64,000 nt of DNA from Ginglymostoma cirratum. Its lineage: Eukaryota. The stretch covers positions 10,129,624 through 10,193,623 of the forward strand of contig JAHRHZ010000218.1 in assembly GCA_024137785.1 (NCBI GenBank), given 5' to 3'. This document shows, piece by piece, positions 26,831 through 39,039 of this stretch. Both the position numbers and the translations under genes were made by a program. Each line of letters starts with the position of its first letter. Position 1 is the stretch's first letter. The notes beneath the pieces are model-generated. The model ran no database searches. It saw only the letters and a program-made list of their open reading frames with translations, and was not told where the DNA came from.

Positions 26831-28129
26831 TTCAAAATAAGACAGATTAAAAAAAAAAGTCCATTGCCTTGTTTGATGTTTAATGCTGAATACTTTTTTT
26901 TGGTACATTGGAGTGGCTGATAGGAACTAGGGTAATTTAAGCTGAAGTGAAACTAAATTACTTTCCCTTGGTATGTCACAAATCAGAGAGAACCAGAGCT
27001 GTGTGTGTTTGTTTAGTTAGGTTATTCTAAGTGACCTCTGGTTACACAGAACATCATAATTGTATGCTTCCAAAGCATCGCAAGAATATTTTCCACATGC
27101 ACACTTGTAAGGAAAACAGTTCATAGTTGCACAGAGTGTGCAGTATCATTTATCAAAAAGCCATTTGCAAAACAATGCCTGTCTTTGTAAACACTGTTCA
27201 GCCAGCTACGTTTGAATGGAGCAAATGTAAGGCATGAAGAATGTGAGGGGTAAATGCACATTATAAACTTATTTATCCCTGACCAAAAGAAAAATATATC
27301 ATCAATGTATCATAAGATGTATGAGAATAAATTTTGAAGTGACTGATGTAAACAGGCATGAGAGAGACACAAGGCATTTACAATGGACTATGCTCCATTA
27401 ACAACTATGGGGTTGGAGACACTTTGATCTTCTCATTGGAGGGCAGCTGAAAGGGCTCTAAACGCAGGGAACAAAAAAAACCTAATCAACATTTCACATG
27501 CGCACTATTATTAGACTGTTAATGGAGGAATCATTAAAACAAATTGCTTCCATGTAAAGTTTTTTTGTGTGCGCGCATACCTAGATTACATGGTTACGTG
27601 TAGATCTGTACGATTTAGTTTCTGCATTAATTACACTTGATCGTATTAAAACATAGCCTTGTGTGTACAGTCCAGTTAAACTTTGAGCACTTCCTGTTTA
27701 ACCAATTTCAGCATAATCTATGATCTAATAATTAGGTGAATTTTTAGGGATCCTTCTCCATTCCATTTATGTGTAGCAGAAACATCTGTTTTGCATTACA
27801 AAGAAAGTACCACACTCAGAAAACACTTCATCTCCTCTTAAAATCGATTTAGGTTGGCTGAATTCTAATGTTTGTAGCATTACAGCACTGTACATTACTT
27901 TTTGCAGCTGCTTGCTTCAGAATTTCATTGTCATTTTTTATAGTTTAGAGACAGGGAAAGGAATGACATCCCTCTGTGATTGCTAACATAGAGCTTCCCT
28001 TAAAGATCGGGTTTGATTATTTCCTCCTTGTGTCCTTAGTTTAACCTCAACATCCGCACATTTCGGCTTTTTTTTTTAAGAAAGTGCTGTTGCAGAACAT
28101 TGCTCTGCATTTGATTGAATGTTGATAGA

Positions 28130-28312
28130 TTTTTATTTTATTCATGTAAGGTAGGCATCACTGGTGAGGCCAGCACTTATAACCATTTCTAATTGCTCTG
28201 TAGAAAGTGGTAGTGAACTGTGTTCTTGAGCTACTGCAGTTCTTGGGACGTAAGACCACTCACAATACTGTGTGGGAGGGTGTTCCAAGATTTTGACCCA
28301 GTGACAATTGAA
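28130..28312 (-). mobile_element. CR1/L2-group LINE 3' end (tail partner of SINE family B)
   Basis: ggccagcacttataaccatttctaattgc is the reverse-complement homolog of the family-B SINE tail, followed by coding-like LINE sequence. Confidence 0.75.
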
Positions 28313-28804
28313 ACTATTTATTAATTGTTGGAGATCACTTGAGAAAAGTGTCCACCATTGTGGAACAATTTGTCATGAATCACATGCTAAGACGATGAAT
28401 GAAACAGTGTTATCTTTGTTGAAGGGCCAAAAGATAATTGTTACTCACGTGTTGTGCCTCATAGGAGGTGTCACCTTCAACAGAGGAAGTAGAGAAAAAA
28501 GCAGGGAAAAACAGAAAGGGCACAACACAAAATAAATATTTGGCTGATTGTGGATGATAAACTTGCTAAAAAATACTTGTCTTCAATTTTTATGACTATT
28601 AAGTGGGAAGCTTACAATTTCATAATGTTTGCTGTTGGAAGGAGATTTTCAAGATTTCTGATTATGAATACTGGATGACATTTGACAGCTGTCTTTGTAC
28701 ATTTCATAACAAAATCCTGGGTAGTACTATGCAGACACTGGTAACGATCTGCTCTATAACTTGCATGACTTAGTATCATAGTTGATTTATGTCAATCATC
28801 ATGT

Positions 28805-28925
28805 CGAATCGTAGAATCATAGAATGGTTACAAAATGGAGGAGGATGTTCACACCATTCGTATCTTGCTGTGCAAGAACTCAACGAATCCCAATAACCCA
28901 TCTTCCTCCATAGCTCAACAAGTTT
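28805..28925 (-). mobile_element. Short CR1/HER1 tail fragment
   Basis: gaatcgtagaatcatagaatggttaca...ggagg. Confidence 0.6.
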
Positions 28926-29659
28926 TTTTTTCCCCTTCAGTTACATTGACTTGAATTTGGAGATGTAGAACTGTTTTAGAAAAACCTTAAGAAATGTATG
29001 ATCATTTTATTTTCAAACCAATTAGTTTATTTTGCAAAAAAAAAAGTTTGACTGTAATTTCTTGTGATTCAACAGACTATGGGCTATTTTGCAATGTCTA
29101 GACACTGTCACTTACTTGATAAGCCAGAGTGGTATTAAGGCTATGGCCAAAGCTCCCATGAGTGGGCTCCCAACAAAACTAATCAAGAACATGAGCACCT
29201 TACTAGCTCTGAGCCTGCTGTAACACTTCCGCCTTTAAAAAGAAACCCTCTGGTATATTGTGCCAGGGAATTGAATTCAAGTGGTAAAACTGAAAAATGA
29301 AGGGGAAGTCCTTCAATTAAAGTAATATACTTATTTTTCCAGTAAGTACGCAAGGGAAGTTCTTTATTGCTATTAGGTCACAGCTAAAGGACTTGGAATG
29401 ATTCTGAATTCATTCCTTTATGGCAAGACGTTCCCCTGCACATGAAAGAGCTGTTGAATTTTCCGTACCAATAGTGGTATATGCTATTGCCAGTGATGAA
29501 CAGGCAAGTGGCAGATTGCTTAATAAAAACTGCACACTTGTTGGGAATTTACCTGTTTTTGGTCTCTATTCTCGATGTTACAATTAAAAGGGATTCATAT
29601 TTTGTGACTCCTGGTAAAGGTAGTGGGGAGATCCCTCTAAAAATGAGTGTGTGGGGAGT

Positions 29660-29960
29660 TAAATATAGACAAGGAGCAAAAATAGGCCGTTTGACCCCTT
29701 GAGCCTGCTCTGCCATTCAATAGGTTCAAAGCTGATTTGATTGTAACCTCAAATCTACATTCCTGCTTCCTCTGCACATCTGCTTCCACTAGCTTTCCAG
29801 GAAGAGAATCATGACCCTCTAAAATAAAAAAAAAGTCATGTCATTTGTGTTCTAAATTGGTGACCCTTTATTTTTAAGCAGTGACCCCTAGTTTTTGATT
29901 CTTCTCTCAGAGGAAACATCCATTCAGCTGTCAAGAGCTCGCGGACTCATATATTTCAAT
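29660..29960 (-). mobile_element. CR1 LINE 3' fragment
   Basis: aggagcaaaaataggccgtttgaccccttgagcctgctctgccattcaata, homologous to 2915-3240. Confidence 0.8.
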
Positions 29961-30095
29961 CGAGTATTTTTAATAAGAAATATTAATGGCCTGGATTTTG
30001 CAGTCAAAGGTGAAAAAGAGATGTTCTCTGAGGGCCCTGTGAGAAATGATGCTTCAATCTTCCTCATAAATGGCAGAAATGACTTGATTTCCTGG

Positions 30096-30736
30096 TGCAA
30101 AGACACAATGGCTTTAAGAGGTGTATTTTGTCCTTTTTTTGGAGCAGTTTTAAGACAGAGGTATCGAGCTGCCTATTTGAATCTCATGAAGTAAACAGCT
30201 TGCGAGGCCTTGTGACTTTTTTAAAAGTTGGGACAATAGAAGCACCCTCAATGGGTGGTGTCAAGCTCCTACTGAGCCAGGACCTTTCGTTTTAGTTTTT
30301 CAGTAGAAGTTGCTGGGGTCTTGAAGCTGGGTCTAGAAGCTGCAGTACATCTCTCATTGCTCCTCAATCTCTCAGATTTTTCTCTTGATGTTTTTCCTCC
30401 TGGACTGAAGAATTTACTGTGAGACAATCTATTTTACTAAATTTGCCTTTGCCAAGGGTGTGTTTATGGAATATCACTGTATTGGAACAGTTACTATTTA
30501 GTAATTAAATAATCTAATATTATGCTAAGTTTTCCAATAGAGTTAAGTTATTCTAATTTCTTCTTTCTTTTGTTGTATTTAACTCTAGTATATGAATAAA
30601 GTGTGTTTTGCTTCAAGCCTGGTAGTTTGACCAATCAAATTGAAACTGAAACACAATGCCTCTAAAAATAAGAAAAAGTTGGGGTCCAGGCTACCTTTTT
30701 AATATATTTTGTGGGGGTTTGGTCTGGTCCATAACA
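30096..30736 (+). mobile_element. Solo LTR (Gypsy-like)
   Basis: TG...CA termini, AATAAA near 30595, flanks ctgg/ctgc, homology to 17158-17400 in reverse orientation. Confidence 0.7.
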
Positions 30737-31151
30737 CTGCCTACAACATGTGTCTAACAGCATGACACTTTGTCAGAGAACTTATGTGTCTTTTGAAGTC
30801 ACAAGCTGGAGACAGTCATTCCGTGAAGTTTATCTTCAGCTTAATGACACTTCAATGGTCCTTAATAATGTCCAATTTTGTAGCTTTGTTTGCTTCTCCC
30901 CGCAACCCCTTCTCTTGCCAAAGTAGCCATGTTGAGTGGGTGGAGTCACTGGTGTGCTGGAGGTCATGAGATATCATGAAATCTCAAGATATAAGTGTCT
31001 CATACTCCATCTTGCTTCAGATCACTTGGAGGATCCTGCTTTTGTTGTAAACTAATAGCTTAACATTAACACAGATGTGTAATTTCTTGAAAAATGTAAT
31101 ATTTGTGTATACTGGATTTTCAATACCAAAATATCCATGCCAAGTTTCTGT

Positions 31152-31198
31152 TACATGAGATAACAGAAAGTATTGTTATCTTTCTGTTATCTCATGTA
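31152..31198. repeat. Perfect 19-bp inverted repeat with 9-nt loop
   Basis: tacatgagataacagaaag-tattgttat-ctttctgttatctcatgta. Confidence 0.97.
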
Positions 31199-31589
31199 CT
31201 TATCAATAAGTATTGTCGCTTCACCTAAAGCACTCTTTGTATGCCAACTCAATGGTACATTGAAATCTACACATGTACCAAACCTCCTACTGCTCTCTAA
31301 AATCTCAGCTTCTGAAGTGTACTAGAAGGAAACATTGCTGAATCAGTTTGATTTCTTTGAAGTCAAAACTCAACTAGGAATCTATAAAGTCCTCGAAAAC
31401 CTACCGAAGAGGCAACACAAATCATGCCAACCTTTCTGGGGATTTGTGAATGCTTTGAGCAATTCAGGTTTCAGTGAAAGGGTCAGGTGACATAACCTTT
31501 GGGGTGACACTAATATTGTCAACTGAAATTGTGTGAAGGATTGAATATTAAAGCCTCCAAGATCAACATTTCTCAAAAAAAAAATGGCC

Positions 31590-32005
31590 TATACTCAGCA
31601 AGTTCCATATGCTCCATGTGAGGACATCATATCTTCTGTTCCACAGATGGAAGGACAAGGACAGCCGAGCATGAGACTGCCGTCACTCAGATCAGGCTGT
31701 TCCTCATATTATGGAAAAAGGCATTGAACTCAATAAATTGTGCTCTGTGGATTCCACGCGAAAAGTTTGGATCTTCAAAAATGTTCATCACAATCCTGCA
31801 GTTGTTTCATGATGATATGTCTGCAAATATCTCAAGGGAGTGATCTGAAGGAGACACGTTCAAAGGCTAAACTTGAGGTCAAACAAACGGTTTGATAGTT
31901 CCTATATATTTTATCATTTACCAGACAATGGCTATGCAGCCCATTACAGATCAATTTCCCTCTGGAATAAGCACTAAATGCTCCCTAAATGGGAAACACT
32001 TTATG
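31590..32005 (+). mobile_element. Decayed RTE LINE RT fragment
   Basis: KMFITILQLFHDDMSA and a gaggtcaaacaa (GVKQG-like) segment, collinear with the RTE at 48780-49080. Confidence 0.7.
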
Positions 32006-32023
32006 AATTTGTGTGTCTTTTCC

Positions 32024-32059
32024 ATTTCTGATGAAGGGTCTAGGCCCGAAACGTCAAGT
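32024..32059 (+). ncRNA. Minimal type I hammerhead ribozyme motif (Penelope-associated)
   Basis: AUUU-CUGAUGA-A-GGGU cuag GCCC-GAAAC-GUC-AAGU: intact core, 4-bp stem II, palindromic ACGU stem III, 4-bp stem I. Confidence 0.75.
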
Positions 32060-32120
32060 TTTCCTGCTCCTATGATGCTGCTTGGCCTGCTGTGTTCATC
32101 CAGCCCCACGCCTTGTTATA
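32024..32120 (+). mobile_element. Penelope-derived mini-element (second subfamily)
   Basis: Hammerhead followed by gatgctgcttggcctgctgtgttcatccagc, related to gatgctgccagacctgctgag of the other copies. Confidence 0.75.
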
Positions 32121-32221
32121 TAAGCTGGAATGTCAAGCAGGTACTGATGTATGCAGGCACTGATTATTTAATTATCTGAGGGGTTACAAATGGAACTGTA
32201 CAATCATTAATGAGCATCTGG

Positions 32222-32560
32222 CTATATGATTAAAGTAAAATTTTTGATGAAGCAGCTAAGGATGATTGGGCCTAGAACCCCGGCCTGTGGAATCCCTTCT
32301 GAGACAACTGAGGTTGAAATGCTTGGCTTCCAACAATCACAACAAGGTTTCTTTGCCCTAAGTATGAATCCAGTGTGGAGAGTTCTCCCCCAGACTCCAA
32401 TTGATTTCAGCTTTACTGGGGGCTCCTTGTTATTACAATTAAATGCTACATTCCTCTGAAGGGCAGTCAATCTCACCTGAGCTTTGGAATTTAGTTCTTC
32501 TGACCACGTTTGAACCAAGACTATAATGAGGCCTGGAGGTGATTGGTGCTGTTAGACTCT
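32222..32560 (-). mobile_element. CR1/L2-group LINE RT fragment
   Basis: VQTWSEELNSKAQVRLTAL...EGIPQAGVLGPIILSCFI. Confidence 0.85.
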
Positions 32561-35489
32561 GTTGCTGAAATTCAGTTACTATTTGTAAACTGGCACAGAT
32601 TGAAGACGTCTTGATTGTAGCCTTGATTTTGGCTATTGACCTGTATGATTCTCTGCTCATGGTCACAAACTAAATGGACATTTAGTTTCTCGTTCGGTTG
32701 CAGAGTGGAAAAAATATTTGAGGACTGTCTGAGCAATGGAAACAGATTCCAGTGGGAGTTCGTGCTCTCAAAAGTGGTGGGATAATTGGATAAAAGTCAG
32801 AGAGAAAGAAAATATACACAGAAAATGTAATGTGATATGGATGTCAAAAATTAATTAGATCATATATGAGCCCATTGCTTTCTTTCATCTTCATCCCAAT
32901 TAGTTTTGATTCAAGGTCTAGTTAATAATTGTTGTGGTAATCAGATAAATTCAATGATCTCATGTTCCAAGTATTCAGCACTCCTATTGATTCATGCTTC
33001 TCTTGGGCATTGGGAAGGCTGGATCATTGAATTTATCTCAATAATTTATTTTAATGCATTAATAAATCATTGCAAGTCAGCAGTAAGCTGCCCTTATTTC
33101 CTACAGTTTTGTGCTCTGTAATGCAAGTTCAATGCAGATTCAAATGCTGATTGTGTGCTTGACAAGAAGTGGGGAGGAGCATATAATCTCATTGTTTTGA
33201 TTTTAACCACATTGCTGGTGTTTTATTTTGGAATGTGAATTGAGATGAAATTTTGCAAAGATTCTGTGCAGATGTAATACTTTGTCAGATTTTTTTTCCC
33301 GTTAATGAAAACAATGTCAGTTTTGTAAAACTCCAGAAAACATTGGAGATAATTTAAGGAAAAGAAATTAGCTGTCAGCTTTATTTATGGAACAGCGAAT
33401 GCTCAGGTTTCAGCAAAACCTTTGAAAGCTTCAGGTCTGTTCTTATACAGAAACTGGGACTTTGAATGAAGGATCCATGTACTGACTAATTTGTAGGGGA
33501 ATCCAATTAGATTTGCTACATCTGTCACATTCAAAAGGGAAAGTTTACAGCCATGCATAAACCTCAGTCATCTCTAGTTATGGCATCATGGATTTAAGAT
33601 AGTGAAACATTGAACTATTCAACCATTGTTATTGTTTTGTAGCCAGTCTGACAATCCAGGTTCTGCAATTAACTTTGAGTCCCTGATTTGGAGAGCAACA
33701 AATGAACAAAGTTTATTCCTGCTTATAGTGATCCAACAACTCCTTTGTGATGGTGCATGTGCTTTGGAACAATCCTGTAGACTCTTCTATAGTGATATCC
33801 CCTTTAAGATTAAAGGATACTCTGAAAGGGATTATTTGGTTTCTTCATTCCAAGAAATGGCCATATAACCTGAAGATGCAAGTGGAGGTGAAATTTGAAT
33901 CAAAAAGTATAAGTCAAATTAATTGCAGTGGTGTCCTGTTCCAGCCTGTCTTGCTCTGAGCAGTTCAGAAAACTGAATTCTGGTAAAGAGAGAAAGCTGA
34001 GCTCTCCATCAAGAATCTAGTTTTCCATTTGGTATGAAGAAGAAAATACAATCCAGATGCTCCTGGGAAGGCAACATGTGAACATGTTGAGTGTTTGTAT
34101 CAGAAAAGCAGATTGTAATGTTGTTGTGTTTGTTGATTAGTTGAAAAGGAATTCTGGTTAGCTCGGTATCAGGACTGCCATAACTTACATGACAGCAGGC
34201 TATTGACATGCAACTTGTTCATATTAACTGTGCATGCAGACTTTGGATGGAATATAATCACGGGTGAATATAACTTGAGGATGAAAATAGATGAGTGAAA
34301 TTGAGATATCCTACATTGCACTGAATGAATTGCAAACACTCTGAAATCATGCGGGATCATGTGTGGTACTTCATTTGTGCAGAAAGTCATGCGAATTTTG
34401 TTACCAGTTGAGGTGTATCTTTGTTGTGTCATCTATTCACAAAACCTTCAAAGTCAAAAAAATTCTTTGTCTGTTAGTTAATGATTGACCTACATTGATT
34501 TTAGTTGGTTTGTTACAGTAAAAGTTTTAAAAGTAAAATCTTGTCCATCAGTTTTCTTTACATTGATGCTGTGGGATTACCTTAAAAAATTGGCTTCTTC
34601 AGAGGTTGTAATCCACTTCTGCAAATGTATTTGCGTGATTGAGGTCAGCATTAGGGGAATCTGACAGTATTCATTGATGAGAATCATATTGAAATAATGG
34701 CCTTCAGCAGAATATTCGAGGTAGTCTGGAAAGAAGAGAACAAAAGTTAAATGGAATCTCAACTAGCTGGGAATTTTGCAAACTACACGCAGGAATTGTT
34801 TAACATTCTCTTTCAATGAGTGCTTAACCTGTTGCATGATGAGTTACAGGAAAGAAATGCCTCGATGTAGGAGATTCACAGATGTGGAAAGAATTCCTAA
34901 GTCCCAAAGCCAATGATGTTGGCCTCTGTCCATCCACATGGTCTTCTCAGAATCAGCCAATTAAAGGCACTCTGCATTCACTCAAGGAATGTTGGAGGAG
35001 GGAGAAAGTGGGTGTTGGTGCTGTGTGGCATCTGAGAGAGAGAGGTGCCCCTTGAATTTTAAGAACAAAGTTTGACCACAGCTGTGCAGCACTATTGTGG
35101 CGGGTCTACCCCTCCACAAGATAGCCTGCAGCTTCAGCATGGGGGGATTTGAAGGAACCATGGATGACGCAACCACCCAACCCCTGAAATGTCCACCTCA
35201 GGAACCTGCTGAGCTTTGGTCAGCACTAAGGCCCCCATCAAGACGATCCTGGCATGGGCCCCAATCTGCTCCCAAGTGGGCACTATCGCTACTGATTACC
35301 CATTATCGTACGGCCAGCTCCAAGGAATGCAAAGATTTCATCCTTATGATTGGCTTGAAACTGATCTAGGTGAAATAAATTGCAAGAGATGGACTTATAT
35401 CAATAATATTACATGCAATGATTTTTCTAATAAAATATATCACCTACCTAGCATTCAAAGTTCAGAATTTATTCAGTATGGACTCTTTG

Positions 35490-37465
35490 CAAGGAATCTT
35501 ATATGGGTCTCAGCAAGAATGGCAAGATTTGTGGCAAGATCGGATGAGATGCTCATGAGATCACCTCAATATTGAGATTATCGTACTCCACCTTTGCACA
35601 AGAGATATGATGAGATTCTTGCTAAGCAATGGCAATATGCCAATTGATTTGGACTAATGCTTGTTACATGCCTTAATTCTCCTTATTAGTGATCAGCATC
35701 CCATCTTACCAAATTCATCAAATGAGCTCAACATCAGGAAAACTTGATGTGGAAACCAGAGTGGATACTGGGCGGATTCAGCTCACTGCTTGCTCCAAAT
35801 GGCCTCCATAATGCTTACTGCAAAAATGCAGCCTGGAACGTGACTAACAGGCACCAGCCACATGCTGCCCTCTGTCATGGACTTTTACACCTAAGGAACC
35901 CTTTATGACTATCTTGGTATTTCTACTGCTCTCTGGCATAGACTTACATTGTAAGGTGCACCACAATTAGCTTTGAGATTCAGCAGTGGGACACTTTGTA
36001 CATAGGACAGGAACCCAGCTCATCCACTGGACCCGGGAACTTGTCCAGGCTGCTTGCTTGCACTCTTAGTATTCACTCATTTTGTGCTTAAGTGCATGCC
36101 CACAGCATCCCTGCCTTGTCTTTTCTTGTCATGCAATGTAACACAATAACAGAAACGGAGAACGTTCCTTGCTGCTAGGCAGTCCTCAGTCTAGGAGTTG
36201 CCCATCTTGTTGTACTGCACTCTGCTAGGTCAGTCTTACACTTGGTCCATGTGCCAGCTGCACACATGACAAACACACAGCATGCACAGCAAGGAAGCAA
36301 CAATGTCTCAAAGGCTTTAGATAGTAATTCCCTCCAATGTTCGTGGAAGCAGAGAGACCTGACACAGTAAGTCAAGGGCAGCCTCCCATACCAGTCCTGC
36401 ATCCTCATACTAACAATGCCAATCTTCTTCTACAAGACCAGGATTCTCTGTTCTGTCCATAAGGGCTCTCTCTGTCCTGTTATGGGCTGCCTTCTCCTCT
36501 AGTGAACAAATGAGAGTTAATAAGTGAGATTGTAGTGGCTGGTAAGGCTGATAGTTCTGGTGCATGTAAGGGAAGCATGGTAATGTGTACCAAAGAACTG
36601 AGGAGAGAGTATGGAGGGCACAGTTTGTGGTGTGGGATGTTGGGAGTGAGCAGGCAGGGAATGAAAGTTCATGAAGGAAAGTGTTGTCTGCCATCCTGAG
36701 ACTGGCAGTGCATGAACATTGATAGGAGATGGGTGCAGTTGCACAATGAGTTGAGACAAGAGTGTGGCACTTATTCTTGTAGAACAGAGAAGGTCACTGA
36801 CCTTCCTTATGCATTGATACTCCTCCCGCTGCACCTTGGAGACCACACTTACCAAATAAAAACCAAAAGAACTGCGGATGCAGAAGGTTCTGAGGAAGGG
36901 TCACCGGATCCGAAACATTAACTCTGTTTTCTCTTCCACAGATGCTGCCAGACCTGCTGAGCTTTTCCAGCAACTTTGTTTTTGTACCACACTTACCAAG
37001 TTGGCAACATCAGACCTGTCAGGTGATGCCTAAAGATACAGCCTCATCTGCCAACTTTTCCTCTGGACCACCTTGTCCACCAGGACCTCTAAGTCCCTAT
37101 GGGAGAATCATAGTGCTATCTGACCCATCTCTGCTAATGTTCCAACTCCATCCTCAACTGAACGGATCAGCTTCAGAATGCCAGAGCCTGTTTGGGTGCA
37201 TAACACATTTTTATAAAGATGGTACAGGCACATGGTGTTTTAGTGGACATGAACTGAGTGGTGAAAGCAAATTGTTGTTGGAATGGTGCGTGGTAATATG
37301 AGCCAGAAATCAAATGTGAGAGACTCCGTAGGGGAGCAGTGGACAATTAATAAAGCGAGTTGGTAGGTTAGGGCGAGACACCTCGCTAGGCCTCATGGTA
37401 GAAAACTCTCAAAAAAAAGTTAATGCAAGTCAGACCTGGCGAAAACAAAGCATTAGATTCAGCCC
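35490..37465 (-). mobile_element. Harbinger transposon fossil with Myb/SANT gene pieces
   Basis: VSVVSKVQREEYQCIRKVSDLLCSTR (36770-36855) and EEKAAHNRTER (~36500) on the minus strand; terminus agattcagccc near 37464. Confidence 0.65.
36856..36985 (+). mobile_element. Penelope-derived mini-element with 14-bp TSD and hammerhead motif
   Basis: TSD accacacttaccaa at 36842-36855 and 36986-36999; CTGAGGA-A-GGGTC accg GATCC-GAAAC-ATT at 36890-36919; short inverted tail at the left end. Confidence 0.92.
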
Positions 37466-38754
37466 TTTGGATTATTCTTTTATTTTATAAATGGCTAATA
37501 TGCTGCAACGATAGACCCAAAAGGTCAGATAACCTAACTTGAGTACTTAGAAACTATCTCAGTACTGAATGGGGAAGAAAGAGCACATACCAGATGCGAC
37601 AGCTACACATATCTGGAAACCATCGGAAGATTTTCCTGAATTCATGGTCTTTTTTGAAATAAGAAAAATGATTGTCTTGAACTCTTCAGGATGAATGTCT
37701 AGAAGCAATAACCCAAGGTGTGGCCCATCAATCCGAGACCACCACCATCTTTGGAAAAGGAACCATGAGGAGCCACATGGTAGGGCAGCCATGTTTGTCT
37801 CTTTTCAATCTGTAAGTGCTTTACCCATAAACAGAGGTGGGTAGAATGGAAGATCATGTCTAAACCTTGAGAATCAAAGACTGGAACTTCGCAAATTTTG
37901 AAAATCTATTCTATTTGTACTCATCACCACAGCAAACTTATCTACTGGTACTAAGACTACAAGTACCTAGCTTTGTGACATCTTTCAGAGAACCCTGAAA
38001 ATGAAACATGACTCTGGCTGCTGAATTTATCCAGACTATATTTCAGAAGTGATTATGACTTTTTATTAGTCCTGCAATGCATGATTTCTAGAACAGGAAA
38101 ATCACATTAATTATGAACATTTCTTTTGGTTTATAACTTTTAAAAGTATACTTTTTATCAACAATACTTTCAAGGAGTCTGTTTGTAAGTGTTCTTAAAT
38201 ATGTGAATGGCATAGCGTTAGATTCAGAATGAGTGCTAAAATAAACAGCCATCTTTCTTCAGTTAAACTCACAAAAAAACTTACTGCTGAGATTGGATAA
38301 ATACACACACACTCAAACACACACCTTTCTCTCAAAATCTTACGAGTTATGTACAGTTGGAAAGGAAGTAGAGAATTCAACAGTTCTATCTCATTCTGTA
38401 CTTAACGGTTTGCAAGATAGTGACTAGATGGGTTGGCGCTTAACCTGCAAAAACAAAACAGTTTGAGTCCATTAGAGATGTAAAGTCTGAAAGATATGTT
38501 TCTCACCTCCAGCTGCCTCATGTCTGCTTTTACTGGGGCAGAAACCAATGCAAGGAAATAGGTTAGAACCCAAATGTGAAAATAAGGTTGTGTGCCTCAT
38601 TGGTGTAATATATTCAAATGTTATGAGCATATGCAGTTTACAATGATATTATTAAACACGTGAACTGGATTCTTGGTGTCTGCCTTTTTCAAGTACTATT
38701 AATATGTAATTGATCCCTTCTCAAGGTATGAAAATATTGATAGCAAAATATAAT

Positions 38755-38820
38755 ATATGGTGGAGCTTTTCATTGTACTTAGGTACACATGACTACAATA
38801 AATTAAATCAAGTCAAATAA
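38755..38820 (+). mobile_element. Rex1-type LINE extreme 3' end
   Basis: gcttttcattgtacttaggtacacatgactacaataaattaaatcaagtcaaat is the reverse-complement homolog of 47352-47410. Confidence 0.6.
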
Positions 38821-39039
38821 CAGAATCCATTAGTTTCTGATTGACCCATCTGCTTGCCAGCGGGTCAAATATATTGTGCTGACTCTCACTGCTCCAATCA
38901 TTGTAAAGCTGCATTTAGGGAATTTGGGGCTGCACGGTCCTAACAAACGTCCTATTTAACAATTGACTGACAAGATGACTCTGCCTCTGTATCAACGTCA
39001 TGGACAGCTGTAGTAAAGGTATTGTGTCTTTGTTAGATT

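Noticed and set aside
37716-37785. IFGKGT plus splice donor resembling an Ig/TCR J segment
   Set aside because: No heptamer/nonamer RSS at 12- or 23-bp spacing, the donor is phase 0 rather than phase 1, and no neighbouring J-like segments are visible
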